Shown: positions 22,094 to 31,938, counted from the first letter of the stretch. The stretch: DNA of 64,000 nucleotides from an uncultured delta proteobacterium (GCA_963812015.1 CAWETI010000003.1:1728001-1792000), one strand, 5' to 3'. Numbers and translations: made by a program. The notes: a model not told the origin generated them from the sequence alone.

Positions 22094-22182
22094 CGTAGGG
22101 GCGGTTCGCGAACCGCCCCTACGATAGCCTCTGGGAATGAAAGTCGGCAATTGTAAGTCCAGTAGGGTGCGAACCGCGCACC
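22094..22182. repeat. REP-like elements: 30-bp perfect palindrome plus a GTAG-ggtgcg REP
   Basis: cgtaggggcggttcg|cgaaccgcccctacg (22094-22123); GTAGggtgcg-aaccg-cgcacc (22162-22182). Confidence 0.8.
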
Positions 22183-22237
22183 TTTTCTTTTTCTGAAGGG
22201 TATGGGGATGGTTCTCCCCGGCCTTATCCCAAAATCC

Positions 22238-23113
22238 TCAAGACTGCCAGAGATAAGGCTGGAAGTTTAGGGAAGTTGGGCTCAGGGTGGCCAGGGCCCA
22301 GCCGCAGCCCCGGGGGCCCAGGCCAGGACGCCAGAACGCCGGGGTGCCCTGCACGGCCTGAGGAAGCGGCCAGGCGGTGGCAGGCAGAGATATGTGGTTT
22401 TGGGTTTTGGGTTTTCGGTTTTCAGCAAGACTTATGACCTCTGGCCTATGCATATGCCCGTGCATGCACAGCACCCGGGGAAATTGAGCCAGCAGGCGGA
22501 TCACCTCCGGGGCGTCCCCGGTCCATTGCTGCCAGGGATGAAAGAGGCGGGCCAGGGGGGCGTGGGATAGGATGACCAGGGGTGTGGCCGGGGTGAGTTT
22601 GGCCAGCTCCCGGGCCAGCCACTGGCGTTGGGGCACGCCGACCTCAAAGACCAGGCCCCGGGAAGTGCGACTCAAGGCTGGGTCCAAACCGATAACCTGA
22701 GCCCCCCGATACCCCCGGGAAAACCCCGGCACCCCGAAGCGCCGGACCCAGGCGGAGTCTCCGCCGGGGCCGTGATCCCCTTCCCCCCGCACCGCCCATA
22801 CCGGCCCGGGCAGGTTCGAGAGAATTTCCCGTCCCAAATCCAGGGCGTCGGGGCGGCCCCGATGGGCCAGGTCGCCGGCAAAGAGCACCAGGTCAGGCTG
22901 CGGCTCGAGCGTGCGGATTTCCGCCACCGCCCGGGCCATAGCGGTAGCCTCGGGGCGCTTCTCATTGCCGTCTTTAAGATGGGCGTCGGCCAGCAGCGCC
23001 AGGCGCAGCTCCGGGTCCGCGGCCCGGGCAGGCCAAGGCCAAGCAAGCCTCCCCAAGGCCCACCCTCCGGCCAGCCCCAGCCCCATCTGCTTGATAAATT
23101 CCCGCCGGTCCAT
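22238..23113 (-). CDS. Tat-exported calcineurin-like metallophosphoesterase (CpdA-like)
   Basis: MDRREFIK twin-arginine signal; ADAH, AGDLAH, GEGD, SHAP, HGHMH. Confidence 0.85.
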   Translation of the reverse strand: MDRREFIKQMGLGLAGGWALGRLAWPWPARAADPELRLALLADAHLKDGNEKRPEATAMARAVAEIRTLEPQPDLVLFAGDLAHRGRPDALDLGREILSNLPGPVWAVRGEGDHGPGGDSAWVRRFGVPGFSRGYRGAQVIGLDPALSRTSRGLVFEVGVPQRQWLARELAKLTPATPLVILSHAPLARLFHPWQQWTGDAPEVIRLLAQFPRVLCMHGHMHRPEVISLAENRKPKTQNHISLPATAWPLPQAVQGTPAFWRPGLGPRGCGWALATLSPTSLNFQPYLWQS

Positions 23114-23260
23114 TACCTGCCATTGTAGCAAAATTTCCCTGAAAATCGAGTCTGAAAACCCCGGCAGGGCCGGGCGGCGGCGGGAGCGCCCACAGCCTCC
23201 CGTCTCAGGAGGCGCAGTGCAGTGGAAGCCGGGCCAGGGAAGGTGAGGCAGAGGTTAAAA

Positions 23261-23630
23261 TGAAAAGAAGCCGGGGACCCAGGCGCCTCCTTGCCAGGAG
23301 GGGGATTCACCTGAAGTTCCCCGGCTTCCCGGGACCACGAAACCTTTTTCACTCCCCCTTGAAGGGAAGGCGTCGGCCCACAGGACCGAAACGTTTCGTA
23401 GCCATTCTCACTGCTTCGGCAGCGGAGCTGGCATCTATGGCCGCTTCCGGCAATCAGCGCCCCGCCGGCTTATCTCAAACTCTAGGTCAAAAGCCGACGT
23501 TTGCTCAGGGCCAAAGCAGGTTGCCATGTCATTCAGCCTGGCGGGTGACCCTACCCTTATCGGGTGCGGCCTGTGATGGCCGCCTCCCCGTAACCTTTTT
23601 ACCAGGTGCCCAGACTGGATGTCCTAGCGA
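23261..23630 (-). ncRNA. Large structured ncRNA candidate (unassigned)
   Basis: Promoter-like AT-rich 5' flank, about ten consecutive helices, an 8-bp loop-to-5' pairing and a terminal GC stem followed by UUUU. Confidence 0.55.
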
Positions 23631-23729
23631 TCATATTTATAATTACCCATTTCGAAAAAACAAGGGGGAGGGGGTTTTTTTATAAAAATATTTTAGATAG
23701 GAAACCCAGGCTTTCCTGGAAAAGCAGAT

Positions 23730-23757
23730 CAGGGCGAACACTGAGGTCCGCCCCGAC
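23730..23757 (-). repeat. REP-like palindrome
   Basis: Reverse complement reads GTCG-gggcggac-ctcagt-gttcgccc; same family as the 31756 element. Confidence 0.6.
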
Positions 23758-23811
23758 AAAAACAGGTATTTTCATCAACCGAAACCCGAAAACTGGCAAC
23801 CAAAACCCGTC

Positions 23812-24393
23812 TTACAGCACCCCTTTGGTGGAGGGTACCCCGGTAGCCCTCGGTTCCGGCTGGGTGGCCACGTCCAGGGCCCGCCCCGCCGCCTTGAATA
23901 CCGCCTCCAGGATGTGGTGGGTGTTCTCCCCATAGGGCACGCTGATGTGGAGGGTCATGCCGCCGTGGATACTCACGGCCCGCCAGAACTCCTTGAGTAG
24001 TTGGGGGTCCAGCCCCGCGCCCCCCGGGGGCAGCTCCACCTCCAGGTGGAGGAAGGGCCGGTTGCTCAGGTCCACGGTCACCTGGGCCAGGGCCTCGTCC
24101 ATGGGCACCCGGGCCTCTCCATAACGGCGTACTCCCGGCCGCTGGGCCAGGGCCTCCCGAAAAGCCTGCCCCAGGCAGATGCCGATGTCTTCCACGGTGT
24201 GGTGCTGGTCTACCGCGAGATCCCCCGCGGCCTTGACGGTCAGGTCAAAATACCCGTGGGCCGTGAAGAGGTGGAGCATGTGATCGAGAAACGGGATGCC
24301 GGTGTCGATGGCAGCCCGGCCGGAGCCGTCCAGTTCCAATTCCAGATTGACTTCCGTTTCCCGGGTCCGGCGGTGGATTTTGCTTAAGGGCAT
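23812..24393 (-). CDS. hisB: Imidazoleglycerol-phosphate dehydratase
   Basis: RRTRETE, FLDHML, DQHHTVED, PMDEAL, NTHHILE, VPSTKGVL. Confidence 0.98.
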   Translation of the reverse strand: MPLSKIHRRTRETEVNLELELDGSGRAAIDTGIPFLDHMLHLFTAHGYFDLTVKAAGDLAVDQHHTVEDIGICLGQAFREALAQRPGVRRYGEARVPMDEALAQVTVDLSNRPFLHLEVELPPGGAGLDPQLLKEFWRAVSIHGGMTLHISVPYGENTHHILEAVFKAAGRALDVATQPEPRATGVPSTKGVL

Positions 24394-24509
24394 GACTGGT
24401 GGTCTCCCAAGAGTTTGGACACTACTTCCGCGTTGCGCTCCAAAGGCAGGGTGGGCGGCGCCAACCCGATATTATGGCAAATCCAGATCGGGCAATGATA
24501 AGTACCTCG

Positions 24510-24782
24510 TCACTTCTGCCGCGGTTGCCAACAAGAGCCGGCGTCATCATAAATCATCACCCGCCCATTTTGTTCACAGGTCCACTGATTACCCACTCTT
24601 TTGACGTTGGTCGCTCCCACGGGCGCCAGGGGTGACAACTCGTCCGCCGTTCCCCTGGTACGCTGTGTAGTGGCTTCAACATCCGGGTTCTTGTAGGTCG
24701 AGGTCGAGGCACAGCCACTTCCCAATAAGACCAACAGCGATGCAGCCACAGCCATCCTGGCGAAATAATTTTTACCCTGCAT
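24510..24782 (-). CDS. Small lipoprotein, hypothetical
   Basis: AGGAGG RBS; lipobox LGSGC. Confidence 0.65.
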   Translation of the reverse strand: MQGKNYFARMAVAASLLVLLGSGCASTSTYKNPDVEATTQRTRGTADELSPLAPVGATNVKRVGNQWTCEQNGRVMIYDDAGSCWQPRQK

Positions 24783-25020
24783 CTGATCAACCTCCTGTCT
24801 TTGAGAAGTCTTTGAAATCACCGGGATAGCCCTCAGGTCCCGGGGTTATCATAAATCTTTTCGCCAACCTTGACAAATGTTTATGGTAATATACAAGAAG
24901 GAATTTCATGAGCTTCACTTCCGGCGGACCAGGCGGCCCACCACCTTTTTTTCCTATGAACGCAACGCTCCGCCCACCGAAGTGAGGGCCAAATCCGGCG
25001 CCAAGGAGTACTCACCCGAC

Positions 25021-25779
25021 GTGATCGACTCGGATAACCTCAAAACCACCCGGCAGCTCCGTCATTCCACCGGCATCTGGGCCTTGCTCCTCCTGGGGGC
25101 GGCGGCAGTCGCTTGGGGAGGGGCGTCCACCCCGGCCAGGGCGGCGGGGACACCCCAGGCTGCCATCGGCACAACCGCCTTTGATTTCGGGAAAATATAC
25201 GAAGACCGGGCACTTACCCACACCTTCGTGGTTAAGAACACCGGGACCGCGCCCCTGAATATTGAAGACGTGGACCCGGATTGCGCCTGCACCGTGCCCA
25301 GCTATGATAAAAGCATCCCTCCCGGCGGCCAGGGAGAAATCACCCTGACCATCAAACCTTTTTCGGTGATGCACCAGTTCAAGAAAGAGACCAAGGTCAG
25401 GCTCAATGACCCGGAGCGGCCGATGGTGTACCTCACTTTGACAGGGGTGGCCCAACCCTTCATCGAGATTCAACCCAGCCATATCGTGCGGCTGCGAGGT
25501 AGCCCCGGGGACGATATCCGGGGGGAGGTCCGCTTCATCTCGCATCTGCCCACACCCTTGAAGATTACCGGATTCCGCTCTACCATCCCGGATAAGATCG
25601 AGGTGACCCTCAAACCCGAAGTGCCGGACCGCGTCTATGTCCTGGAGGTACGCAACCAGTCCCGCCAAGCGGGCCCTTATGCCGGCATGATCGAGCTGTT
25701 CACCAACTCCGAGCAGCGGCCCCGCCTCATTGTGCGGGTCTTTGGGGATCTCTATTTGTCTTCGGCGGGCGGCCAATAA
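25021..25779 (+). CDS. DUF1573-domain (Ig-like) exported protein; start uncertain
   Basis: FDFGKI...HTFVVKNTGTAPLNIEDVDPDCACT...IPPGGQGEI. Confidence 0.8.
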   Translation: MIDSDNLKTTRQLRHSTGIWALLLLGAAAVAWGGASTPARAAGTPQAAIGTTAFDFGKIYEDRALTHTFVVKNTGTAPLNIEDVDPDCACTVPSYDKSIPPGGQGEITLTIKPFSVMHQFKKETKVRLNDPERPMVYLTLTGVAQPFIEIQPSHIVRLRGSPGDDIRGEVRFISHLPTPLKITGFRSTIPDKIEVTLKPEVPDRVYVLEVRNQSRQAGPYAGMIELFTNSEQRPRLIVRVFGDLYLSSAGGQ

Positions 25780-26336
25780 AGCAGAAGCTCATTGAGCAGG
25801 TCGACGGCGAAAGTCCGGGCCGCCTGGCGCAATAACAGTTCATTTTCCTTGGGGGCCGGCGGGCCGGGATTCACCGGCGAGCTCAGGCTGATCCGGTCCT
25901 GAAAGGCAAACAGGGTGTTACCCTGCCGGGTGATGGCCCCGGACACCACCAGGTTGGCGTCGAGCCTGCCTCGGATGAACCGGTAGAGCCCGCCCCGCAC
26001 TTCGACAAACTGGACCACGCCGGTCACGACGGTATCCCCCTGGGGAGAGGGCTTGAGGCCGTTGGCCTGCCAGGCCTGGGTCAGTTCCTGCAAAAAGAGG
26101 CTCTGGAAGGTCTCGGCCGGAACGCCCTGGGCGCTCTCCACCGGGAAGGGCGTCAGGGCATATGTCGCCTGGTCCGGGGTGAAGTCCGGGCCTCGATAAT
26201 AGGCGGTGAGATAACGGCCGGGCTGCAGCGTCACCCCCGGAGGGGTGGCCGGCGGCAGCCGGGGCACGCAGCCCCAAAGGCAAGCCAGACACAGCGCCAC
26301 AATCAGGCCCAAGGAGGTGCACTTTCTCATCCTCAT
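25752..26336 (-). CDS. Hypothetical lipoprotein
   Basis: Lipobox LWGC after a hydrophobic stretch; 3' end overlaps the convergent DUF1573 gene. Confidence 0.65.
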   Translation of the reverse strand: MRMRKCTSLGLIVALCLACLWGCVPRLPPATPPGVTLQPGRYLTAYYRGPDFTPDQATYALTPFPVESAQGVPAETFQSLFLQELTQAWQANGLKPSPQGDTVVTGVVQFVEVRGGLYRFIRGRLDANLVVSGAITRQGNTLFAFQDRISLSSPVNPGPPAPKENELLLRQAARTFAVDLLNELLLYWPPAEDK

Positions 26337-26706
26337 GGTCATCTGATTACCATAAACCGTCAGCCTCTGCCAAACCATTTAACCGTGCAACGAGAGAAAA
26401 AGAGGCCTTATGGCAACCGCAGACAAGGATACGCTATCGGTAATCAAGGCGGGCGCAGGGGGCTCAGGCGATTTTCTCGCTTCGGTCTATTCCAGGCCGG
26501 CCATCCGGGCTTGTCTCTTGCCGGCCGCCCCGGAGACGCGGCGCAGGGGTTTGACAACCGGAGGTATATATCCTACATATTCTTTTTATGCCGAGCCTTC
26601 TCCTTGCCGGGACACGAGACCCGGGCCCCCGGGGGGAGAGACGACATATCCTTGGATTCCGAACCCTTAGGGAGCGCATGTCAGAACTTGCAGAGCGGCT
26701 GGACGC

Positions 26707-27699
26707 ATGGTAACCTTTCGTAAAATCGTCCAGTGGGCCGCCAGCCTGCTGGCCCTCTTGGTTGCCGGCAGCCTGGGCTTCATGTGGCTGGAAGGGTGGG
26801 ATTTTTTTGACTCCCTTTATATGACGGTGACCACCCTCACCACCGTTGGGTACGGCGAGGTCCATCCCCTGGACCGACTGGGGCGGAGTTACAACATGTT
26901 GCTGATCCTCACCGGCATGGGGGTCATGCTCTACATTGTGGGCTCCCTGGCCCGGGTGGTGATTGAAGGGGAGCTCCAGTCGGTTTTAGGGAAACGAAAA
27001 TTGATCAAGCACATCAAGAGGCTGAAAAATCATTACATCATCTGCGGCTTCGGGCGCATCGGCGAAATTATCGCCCGGCAGCTCAAGAGCCGCGGGCTGT
27101 CTTTAGTGGTTATCGATAAAGACCCGGACCAGATCGCCCGCCTGGAGGCATTGGGTTATTCCTGCATATTCGGCGACGCCACCCGGGATGAAGTCCTGCT
27201 GGAGGCCGGGATCGAGCGGGCCAAGGGACTGATATCGGTAGTTTCTTCGGACGCCTCCAACGTTTACGTCGTGCTGACGGCCCGCAGCCTCAACCCCAAT
27301 CTCTTCATCGTGGCCCGGGGGGAGGAATTGGGTTCGGAACAAAAGCTCCTCCGGGCCGGGGCCGACAAGGTGGAGTCGCCCTATCACATGGGCGGGCAGA
27401 AAATGGCCCATACCATCCTCCATCCCACGGTGGTGACCTTCATGGAACTGGCCATGAAGGAGGGAATAGACTGGAGCATGGAAGAGATCGCGGTGGGCCA
27501 GACCTCATCCCTCTTAGGGGTGCCGCTGGCGGACTCGGGGATCCGCCAGAAGCTGGACCTCATTTTGGTGGCGATTAAAAGGTCCGACGGCGAGATGCTT
27601 TTCAACCCCAGCCACGAGACCCCGATCCTGGCCGGTGATACCCTCATCGCCCTGGGTCTGCGGAAGAATCTGGATGCCCTGGAGGCGATGGTGCAGTGA
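26707..27699 (+). CDS. Potassium channel with TrkA-N/TrkA-C (RCK) domains
   Basis: TTVGYGE selectivity filter, ICGFGRIG Rossmann motif, C-terminal RCK-C. Confidence 0.95.
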   Translation: MVTFRKIVQWAASLLALLVAGSLGFMWLEGWDFFDSLYMTVTTLTTVGYGEVHPLDRLGRSYNMLLILTGMGVMLYIVGSLARVVIEGELQSVLGKRKLIKHIKRLKNHYIICGFGRIGEIIARQLKSRGLSLVVIDKDPDQIARLEALGYSCIFGDATRDEVLLEAGIERAKGLISVVSSDASNVYVVLTARSLNPNLFIVARGEELGSEQKLLRAGADKVESPYHMGGQKMAHTILHPTVVTFMELAMKEGIDWSMEEIAVGQTSSLLGVPLADSGIRQKLDLILVAIKRSDGEMLFNPSHETPILAGDTLIALGLRKNLDALEAMVQ

Positions 27700-27833
27700 G
27701 GAGTAGTTCGGGGGCCAGGGGGCTGGGGGCTGGTCGATTACCCGGCTAAACGTTAGAAGATGATCTATGATACGCTGGTGTATCGGCAAGGCGCCGGTGC
27801 AACCCGATCATGATCCCGCAGGAGGAGGGCGCC

Positions 27834-28550
27834 ATGTCCCAAGCAAAAATCGGCCGGGGAGTACAAATCACCTTCCTGGGCCACTCGGCCTTCAAATTAA
27901 CCGGGGCCGGGGTTTCGGTGCTCATCGATCCCTGGCTCAGCAACCCGTTGTTCAACACCCCGGTGGATAAAGTGGGACCGGTGGACCTTATCCTGGTGAC
28001 CCACGGCCACGGCGACCACGTGGGGGAAACCGTGGCCGTGGCCCAGAAAACCGGCGCCCCGGTGGTGGCCATCCACGAGCTCTCGGTGATCCTGGCCCGC
28101 CAGGGGGCGCCCCAGACCATCGGCATGAACAAGGGCGGCACCCTGGCCATCGCCGGGTGCAAGGTCACCATGACCCACGCGGTGCATTCCTCTGCGGTGG
28201 ATGAGGGCGGCCATCTCATTGCCGCGGGCGATGCCGGCGGTTTCGTGGTGGAGTTCCCCAACGGCTTCGTAGCCTACCATGCCGGCGACACCGCAGTTTT
28301 CAAGGACATGGAGCTCATCCGGGAGCTCTACCATCCGGAGCTGGCCATGTTGCCCATCGGCAGCCATTACGTCATGAGCCCGGCCGAGGCGGCCCTGGCC
28401 TGCCGGATGCTGAAACCCCGCTGGGTGATCCCCATGCATTACGGCACCTTTCCGGCGCTCACCGGCACGGCTAAGGAATTCATCGAACGCCTCAAAGGGG
28501 AGCCGGAGATCACGGTTATTCCCTTGAAGCCGGGAGAGACGGTGGAGTAG
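27834..28550 (+). CDS. UPF0173 metallo-beta-lactamase-fold hydrolase
   Basis: FLGHSAF, LIDPW, THGHGDH, YHAGDT, IPMHYGTF. Confidence 0.92.
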   Translation: MSQAKIGRGVQITFLGHSAFKLTGAGVSVLIDPWLSNPLFNTPVDKVGPVDLILVTHGHGDHVGETVAVAQKTGAPVVAIHELSVILARQGAPQTIGMNKGGTLAIAGCKVTMTHAVHSSAVDEGGHLIAAGDAGGFVVEFPNGFVAYHAGDTAVFKDMELIRELYHPELAMLPIGSHYVMSPAEAALACRMLKPRWVIPMHYGTFPALTGTAKEFIERLKGEPEITVIPLKPGETVE

Positions 28551-28712
28551 TGCGTAGATATCCACGATAAAACCGGCATACACCCAAGGACTATCAGGGA
28601 ACTCCTTAAGGCCCGGAGGCTCAAGCGCAAGAAGCAGTGCAAGAGATGGTATGTCCCGGAGAAGAACCTCCAGGCCTTTTTTGATGAGGATACTCAAGAG
28701 AAGGAGGGGTGA
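28551..28712 (+). pseudogene. Excisionase-like HTH fragment without a start codon
   Basis: VDIHDKTGIHPRTIRELLKARRLKRKKQCKRWYVPEKNLQAFF resembles HTH_17 proteins; it begins right after the upstream stop. Confidence 0.55.
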
Positions 28713-28713
28713 C

Positions 28714-29022
28714 ATGCAGCCAGGGACCATTGATATCTGGTTTTGGGGGATATTGAGGGTTATCGCAAAATATTTAGGGGCATTAACTATTACTTATTTT
28801 TTGACTCGATGGCAAATCAGGTATTTTGGGAAGAAACACACTCCTAAGGCTGCGGCTGTTTCCGCATTTATTTGGATAAGCCTGCTATCATTGACTATTT
28901 CTTCTTGTATGCTCGGTTATGTTCATAATTCCCTCGCACAAGGCTTCCTCATAAGTTTTTTTACCTATATGCCTTGCCTTGTCTTATGGCTTGTAAGGGA
29001 CATTATCAGGGCAAGGAAATAG
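28714..29022 (+). CDS. Small AT-rich membrane protein, hypothetical
   Basis: AAGGAGG RBS before ATG 28714; three hydrophobic segments. Confidence 0.6.
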   Translation: MQPGTIDIWFWGILRVIAKYLGALTITYFLTRWQIRYFGKKHTPKAAAVSAFIWISLLSLTISSCMLGYVHNSLAQGFLISFFTYMPCLVLWLVRDIIRARK

Positions 29023-29113
29023 AGATGGGGGAGATGGTTGATAGGGCTGACAGAGAGGAATTTGAAAAAGAACCTATTGAACCCCCTAAGAAAAAAGGAT
29101 AGGGAGAAAAATT

Positions 29114-29359
29114 ATGAAACTTTCAGCTATCTTGCTCAATATAGCTCTCATCGTAACCTTTTGTTTCATGACGGCCAAATTTGGCTTGCCAAAAATAGAC
29201 GAAAGAGAATTTTTGCTATTCCTCCTTATATTTGTAACACCATTGATTAACTTACTTTACATTTTCTTCTCGAAAGGAGAATCCTGGCTTGCTCTTTATT
29301 TCAAAAGAAAAGCTATGGAGGAAAAAAGGAAAATTGAGAAGCTCTCAAGCATTGAGTAA
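29114..29359 (+). CDS. Small AT-rich membrane protein, hypothetical
   Basis: GGGAG RBS; two TM helices and a charged tail (WLALYFKRKAMEEKRKIEKL). Confidence 0.65.
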   Translation: MKLSAILLNIALIVTFCFMTAKFGLPKIDEREFLLFLLIFVTPLINLLYIFFSKGESWLALYFKRKAMEEKRKIEKLSSIE

Positions 29360-29506
29360 ACATAGTAAACCATGTTTATATGATAAACCGCTCATTGTAT
29401 GTCCATAAAGGGGTCATTACAGATATGAAGATATGGAGAGATTGATTAATAGAAATATTGAGGTATAATTGATAAGTGATATATGGTTTTATGAGAAATT
29501 CCCTCA

Positions 29507-29917
29507 ATGGTTACGATGGTTACTGGTGCTTCCTTCTGCATTTTAGGTGATTTATTAGCCCAAGAGTTTGGAATTATAATTATATTTTTTAGTGGCGATT
29601 ATTTTCCTGGTTCATTTGCTAACCCATTAATTTGGCATACATTTGCCCCTCTTGCATTTGCTTTTGTTGGATATGAAATAGCCCCAAAGTTTAAATATCA
29701 AGTTCTTATGGTTCTCTGTGTTTTTAAAATAATTATTAATGGAGCTAATGCTTTCCGTCTAATAAATTATATTGTTACAGGAGGGAGGTATACAGACATA
29801 GTTCCAATTACCAATGCAACGACAGGATGGGTTATTTGGTCAAATATTTTCGGTATCTTGTTATTAATTTTGTTGTTAGTGAGAATGAAATCCCAGATCA
29901 AGAAAAACATGAGTTAA
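29507..29917 (+). CDS. AT-rich membrane protein, hypothetical (possibly truncated)
   Basis: Several hydrophobic segments; weak RBS. Confidence 0.5.
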   Translation: MVTMVTGASFCILGDLLAQEFGIIIIFFSGDYFPGSFANPLIWHTFAPLAFAFVGYEIAPKFKYQVLMVLCVFKIIINGANAFRLINYIVTGGRYTDIVPITNATTGWVIWSNIFGILLLILLLVRMKSQIKKNMS

Positions 29918-29990
29918 AACCCATTTTGTGGAGATGAGAGCCAAGGGCCTCTCCCTAACTATTCTCTTTTGACTTTTTATGGGAAATAAA

Positions 29991-31697
29991 ATGCGCCGCA
30001 AGAAGCGCTGGCAGCTCTATCCGGATCAGCCGGAGTTGGTGGCCGCGGTCATGGCCCGTCATGGGCTGCCCCGGTTGGTGGCCCGTATCCTCTTGAACCG
30101 GGGCCTTTCCTCCGCCGACGATATCCTGGCTTTTCTGGACCCCTCTCTGGAGCGCCTCAATCCCCCCTTCGGCCTTACGGACCTGGAATTTGCGGCAGCC
30201 CGCCTGGGCCGGGCGGTGTGCCAGGGGGAGCCGGTGGCCGTTTATGGCGATTACGACGCCGACGGCCTTACCGCCACCGCGGTGCTCCATCAGTTCTTCC
30301 GGGAGTTGGGCCTAGACTGTTTTCCCCACATCCCCGACCGGCTGACCCAGGGATACGGCCTGAAGCTCGAGGTTATGCAGGAGCTGGCGGCTCAAGCCAA
30401 GCTCATGGTCACGGTGGACTGCGGCATTAGTGACGCCCCCATGGTTGACTGGGCCCGGCAGCAGGGGTTGGAGGTGATCATCACCGATCACCATGAGATT
30501 CCCCCGGAACTGCCCGGGGCCCTGGCCGTGGTCAACCCCAAGCGCCAGGGCCACGGCTCCCCCTTTGCCGATCTGGCCGGGGTGGGGGTGGCCCTGCTTT
30601 TGGCCCTGGGGGTGCGCGCGGAGCTTAGGGCCGCGGGGTGGTTCAGCCAGCGCCGGGAGCCCAATCTTAAATCATACCTGGACCTGGTGGCCCTGGGCAC
30701 CGCCGCGGACGTGGTGCCGCTGGTGGGGGAAAACCGTATCCTGGTGAGCCAGGGGCTCAAGGTCCTGGAAGATAGCCGCCGCCCGGGGATCATCGCCCTG
30801 AAGGAAGTCGTCCAACTGGAAGGCAAGCCCATCTCATATCAGAACGTGGTCTTCCAACTGGCGCCCCGCCTCAATGCCGCCGGCCGCATGGGCCAGGCCC
30901 GCTGCGCCCTGGAACTACTCCTGAGCGACGACCTCGCCCAGGCCCGGATTCAGGCCAGATACCTCCACAATCTCAATCGGCAGCGTCAGGCCATCGAAGA
31001 AGGCGTCCTGAAACAGGCCCGGTCCATGATTCGCAGGGGGGGCCTGGCGAAGCGGCCTGTGCTAGTTCTGGCCGGAGAGGGTTGGCACCCCGGGGTGCTG
31101 GGCATCGTCGCGGCCCGCCTGGCGGAAGAGTATCACCGGCCAGCGGCCCTGGTCAGCCTCAGAAACGGCCGGGGCCGGGGCTCGGCCCGGTCCATCGAAG
31201 GCTTCCACCTGTTTAAGGGCCTGCACGCCTGTCGCCAGGCGCTCCTCAAATACGGGGGGCATGAGTTTGCCGCGGGCTTCGAGGTGGCCCCGGACAATCT
31301 CGAGGCCTTACAAGATCTCCTGGAGCAGGCGTTTCATGAACAGGTGGGCGCAAACCCCCTCCAGCCCACCCTCAAAGTGGACGCCCAGGCAGACCTGAGC
31401 GACCTCAATCCCGCCTTTTACCAGCATCTGGACTCCCTGCGGCCTTTCGGCCCCGGCAACCCGGCGCCGGTGATTGCCTGCCTGGAAGTGGAATGCCTGG
31501 GCTCCCGGGTGCTGAAAGACCGGCATCTGAAGGTGCAATTGGCCCAGGACGGCAACGTCCTGGAGGCCATCGCCTTTGATATGGCTGCGGCCCACCCCCT
31601 GGCCGGCCCCCTGGAAGTGGCCCTGAGCACCAGATTGTCGCATTACCAAGGCCGGACCCTCCCGGACCACCGACTACTGGACTGGGGCAAACCCTGA
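29991..31697 (+). CDS. recJ: ssDNA exonuclease RecJ
   Basis: YGDYDADG, TVDCG, TDHH, GTAADVVPL, APRLNAAGR, GSARS, GGHEFAAG, PFGPGNP. Confidence 0.97.
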   Translation: MRRKKRWQLYPDQPELVAAVMARHGLPRLVARILLNRGLSSADDILAFLDPSLERLNPPFGLTDLEFAAARLGRAVCQGEPVAVYGDYDADGLTATAVLHQFFRELGLDCFPHIPDRLTQGYGLKLEVMQELAAQAKLMVTVDCGISDAPMVDWARQQGLEVIITDHHEIPPELPGALAVVNPKRQGHGSPFADLAGVGVALLLALGVRAELRAAGWFSQRREPNLKSYLDLVALGTAADVVPLVGENRILVSQGLKVLEDSRRPGIIALKEVVQLEGKPISYQNVVFQLAPRLNAAGRMGQARCALELLLSDDLAQARIQARYLHNLNRQRQAIEEGVLKQARSMIRRGGLAKRPVLVLAGEGWHPGVLGIVAARLAEEYHRPAALVSLRNGRGRGSARSIEGFHLFKGLHACRQALLKYGGHEFAAGFEVAPDNLEALQDLLEQAFHEQVGANPLQPTLKVDAQADLSDLNPAFYQHLDSLRPFGPGNPAPVIACLEVECLGSRVLKDRHLKVQLAQDGNVLEAIAFDMAAAHPLAGPLEVALSTRLSHYQGRTLPDHRLLDWGKP

Positions 31698-31755
31698 CCA
31701 GGGCCGGACCCTCCCCTTCCCTCTCATACCAGTTTTTTATGAAAAACGACGAACG

Positions 31756-31812
31756 GTAGGGACGGACCCGTGTGTCCGCCTGCCTTAAGGGCACGCATGG
31801 GTGCGCCCTGAC
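31756..31812. repeat. REP doublet (inverted pair)
   Basis: GTAGggacggacccgtgtgtccgcc followed by agggcacgcatgggtgcgccctgac. Confidence 0.6.
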
Positions 31813-31938
31813 AAGACAACAGTATCAATTCTTTAGTAGGAAGACTTGGATATCTGTCCTTCTACCATGCCGGCCGACAGTGCAGGGCCTTAAACCGATA
31901 CCGGGATGTCGAGGCCAGCAAGGGGCCGCGACCCCCAA

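Noticed and set aside
23261..23630. RNase P RNA, tmRNA or cyclic dinucleotide riboswitch
   Set aside because: Lacks GAGGAAAGUCC, tRNA-like ends and complete GEMM/ydaO consensus elements; only short chance-level matches
23260..23685. 141-aa plus-strand ORF
   Set aside because: No recognisable motif or typical composition; the region is better explained as a structured RNA on the minus strand
28714..29917. Integron cassette array
   Set aside because: No recognisable attC sites (RYYYAAC...GTTRRRY hairpins) between the ORFs and no intI
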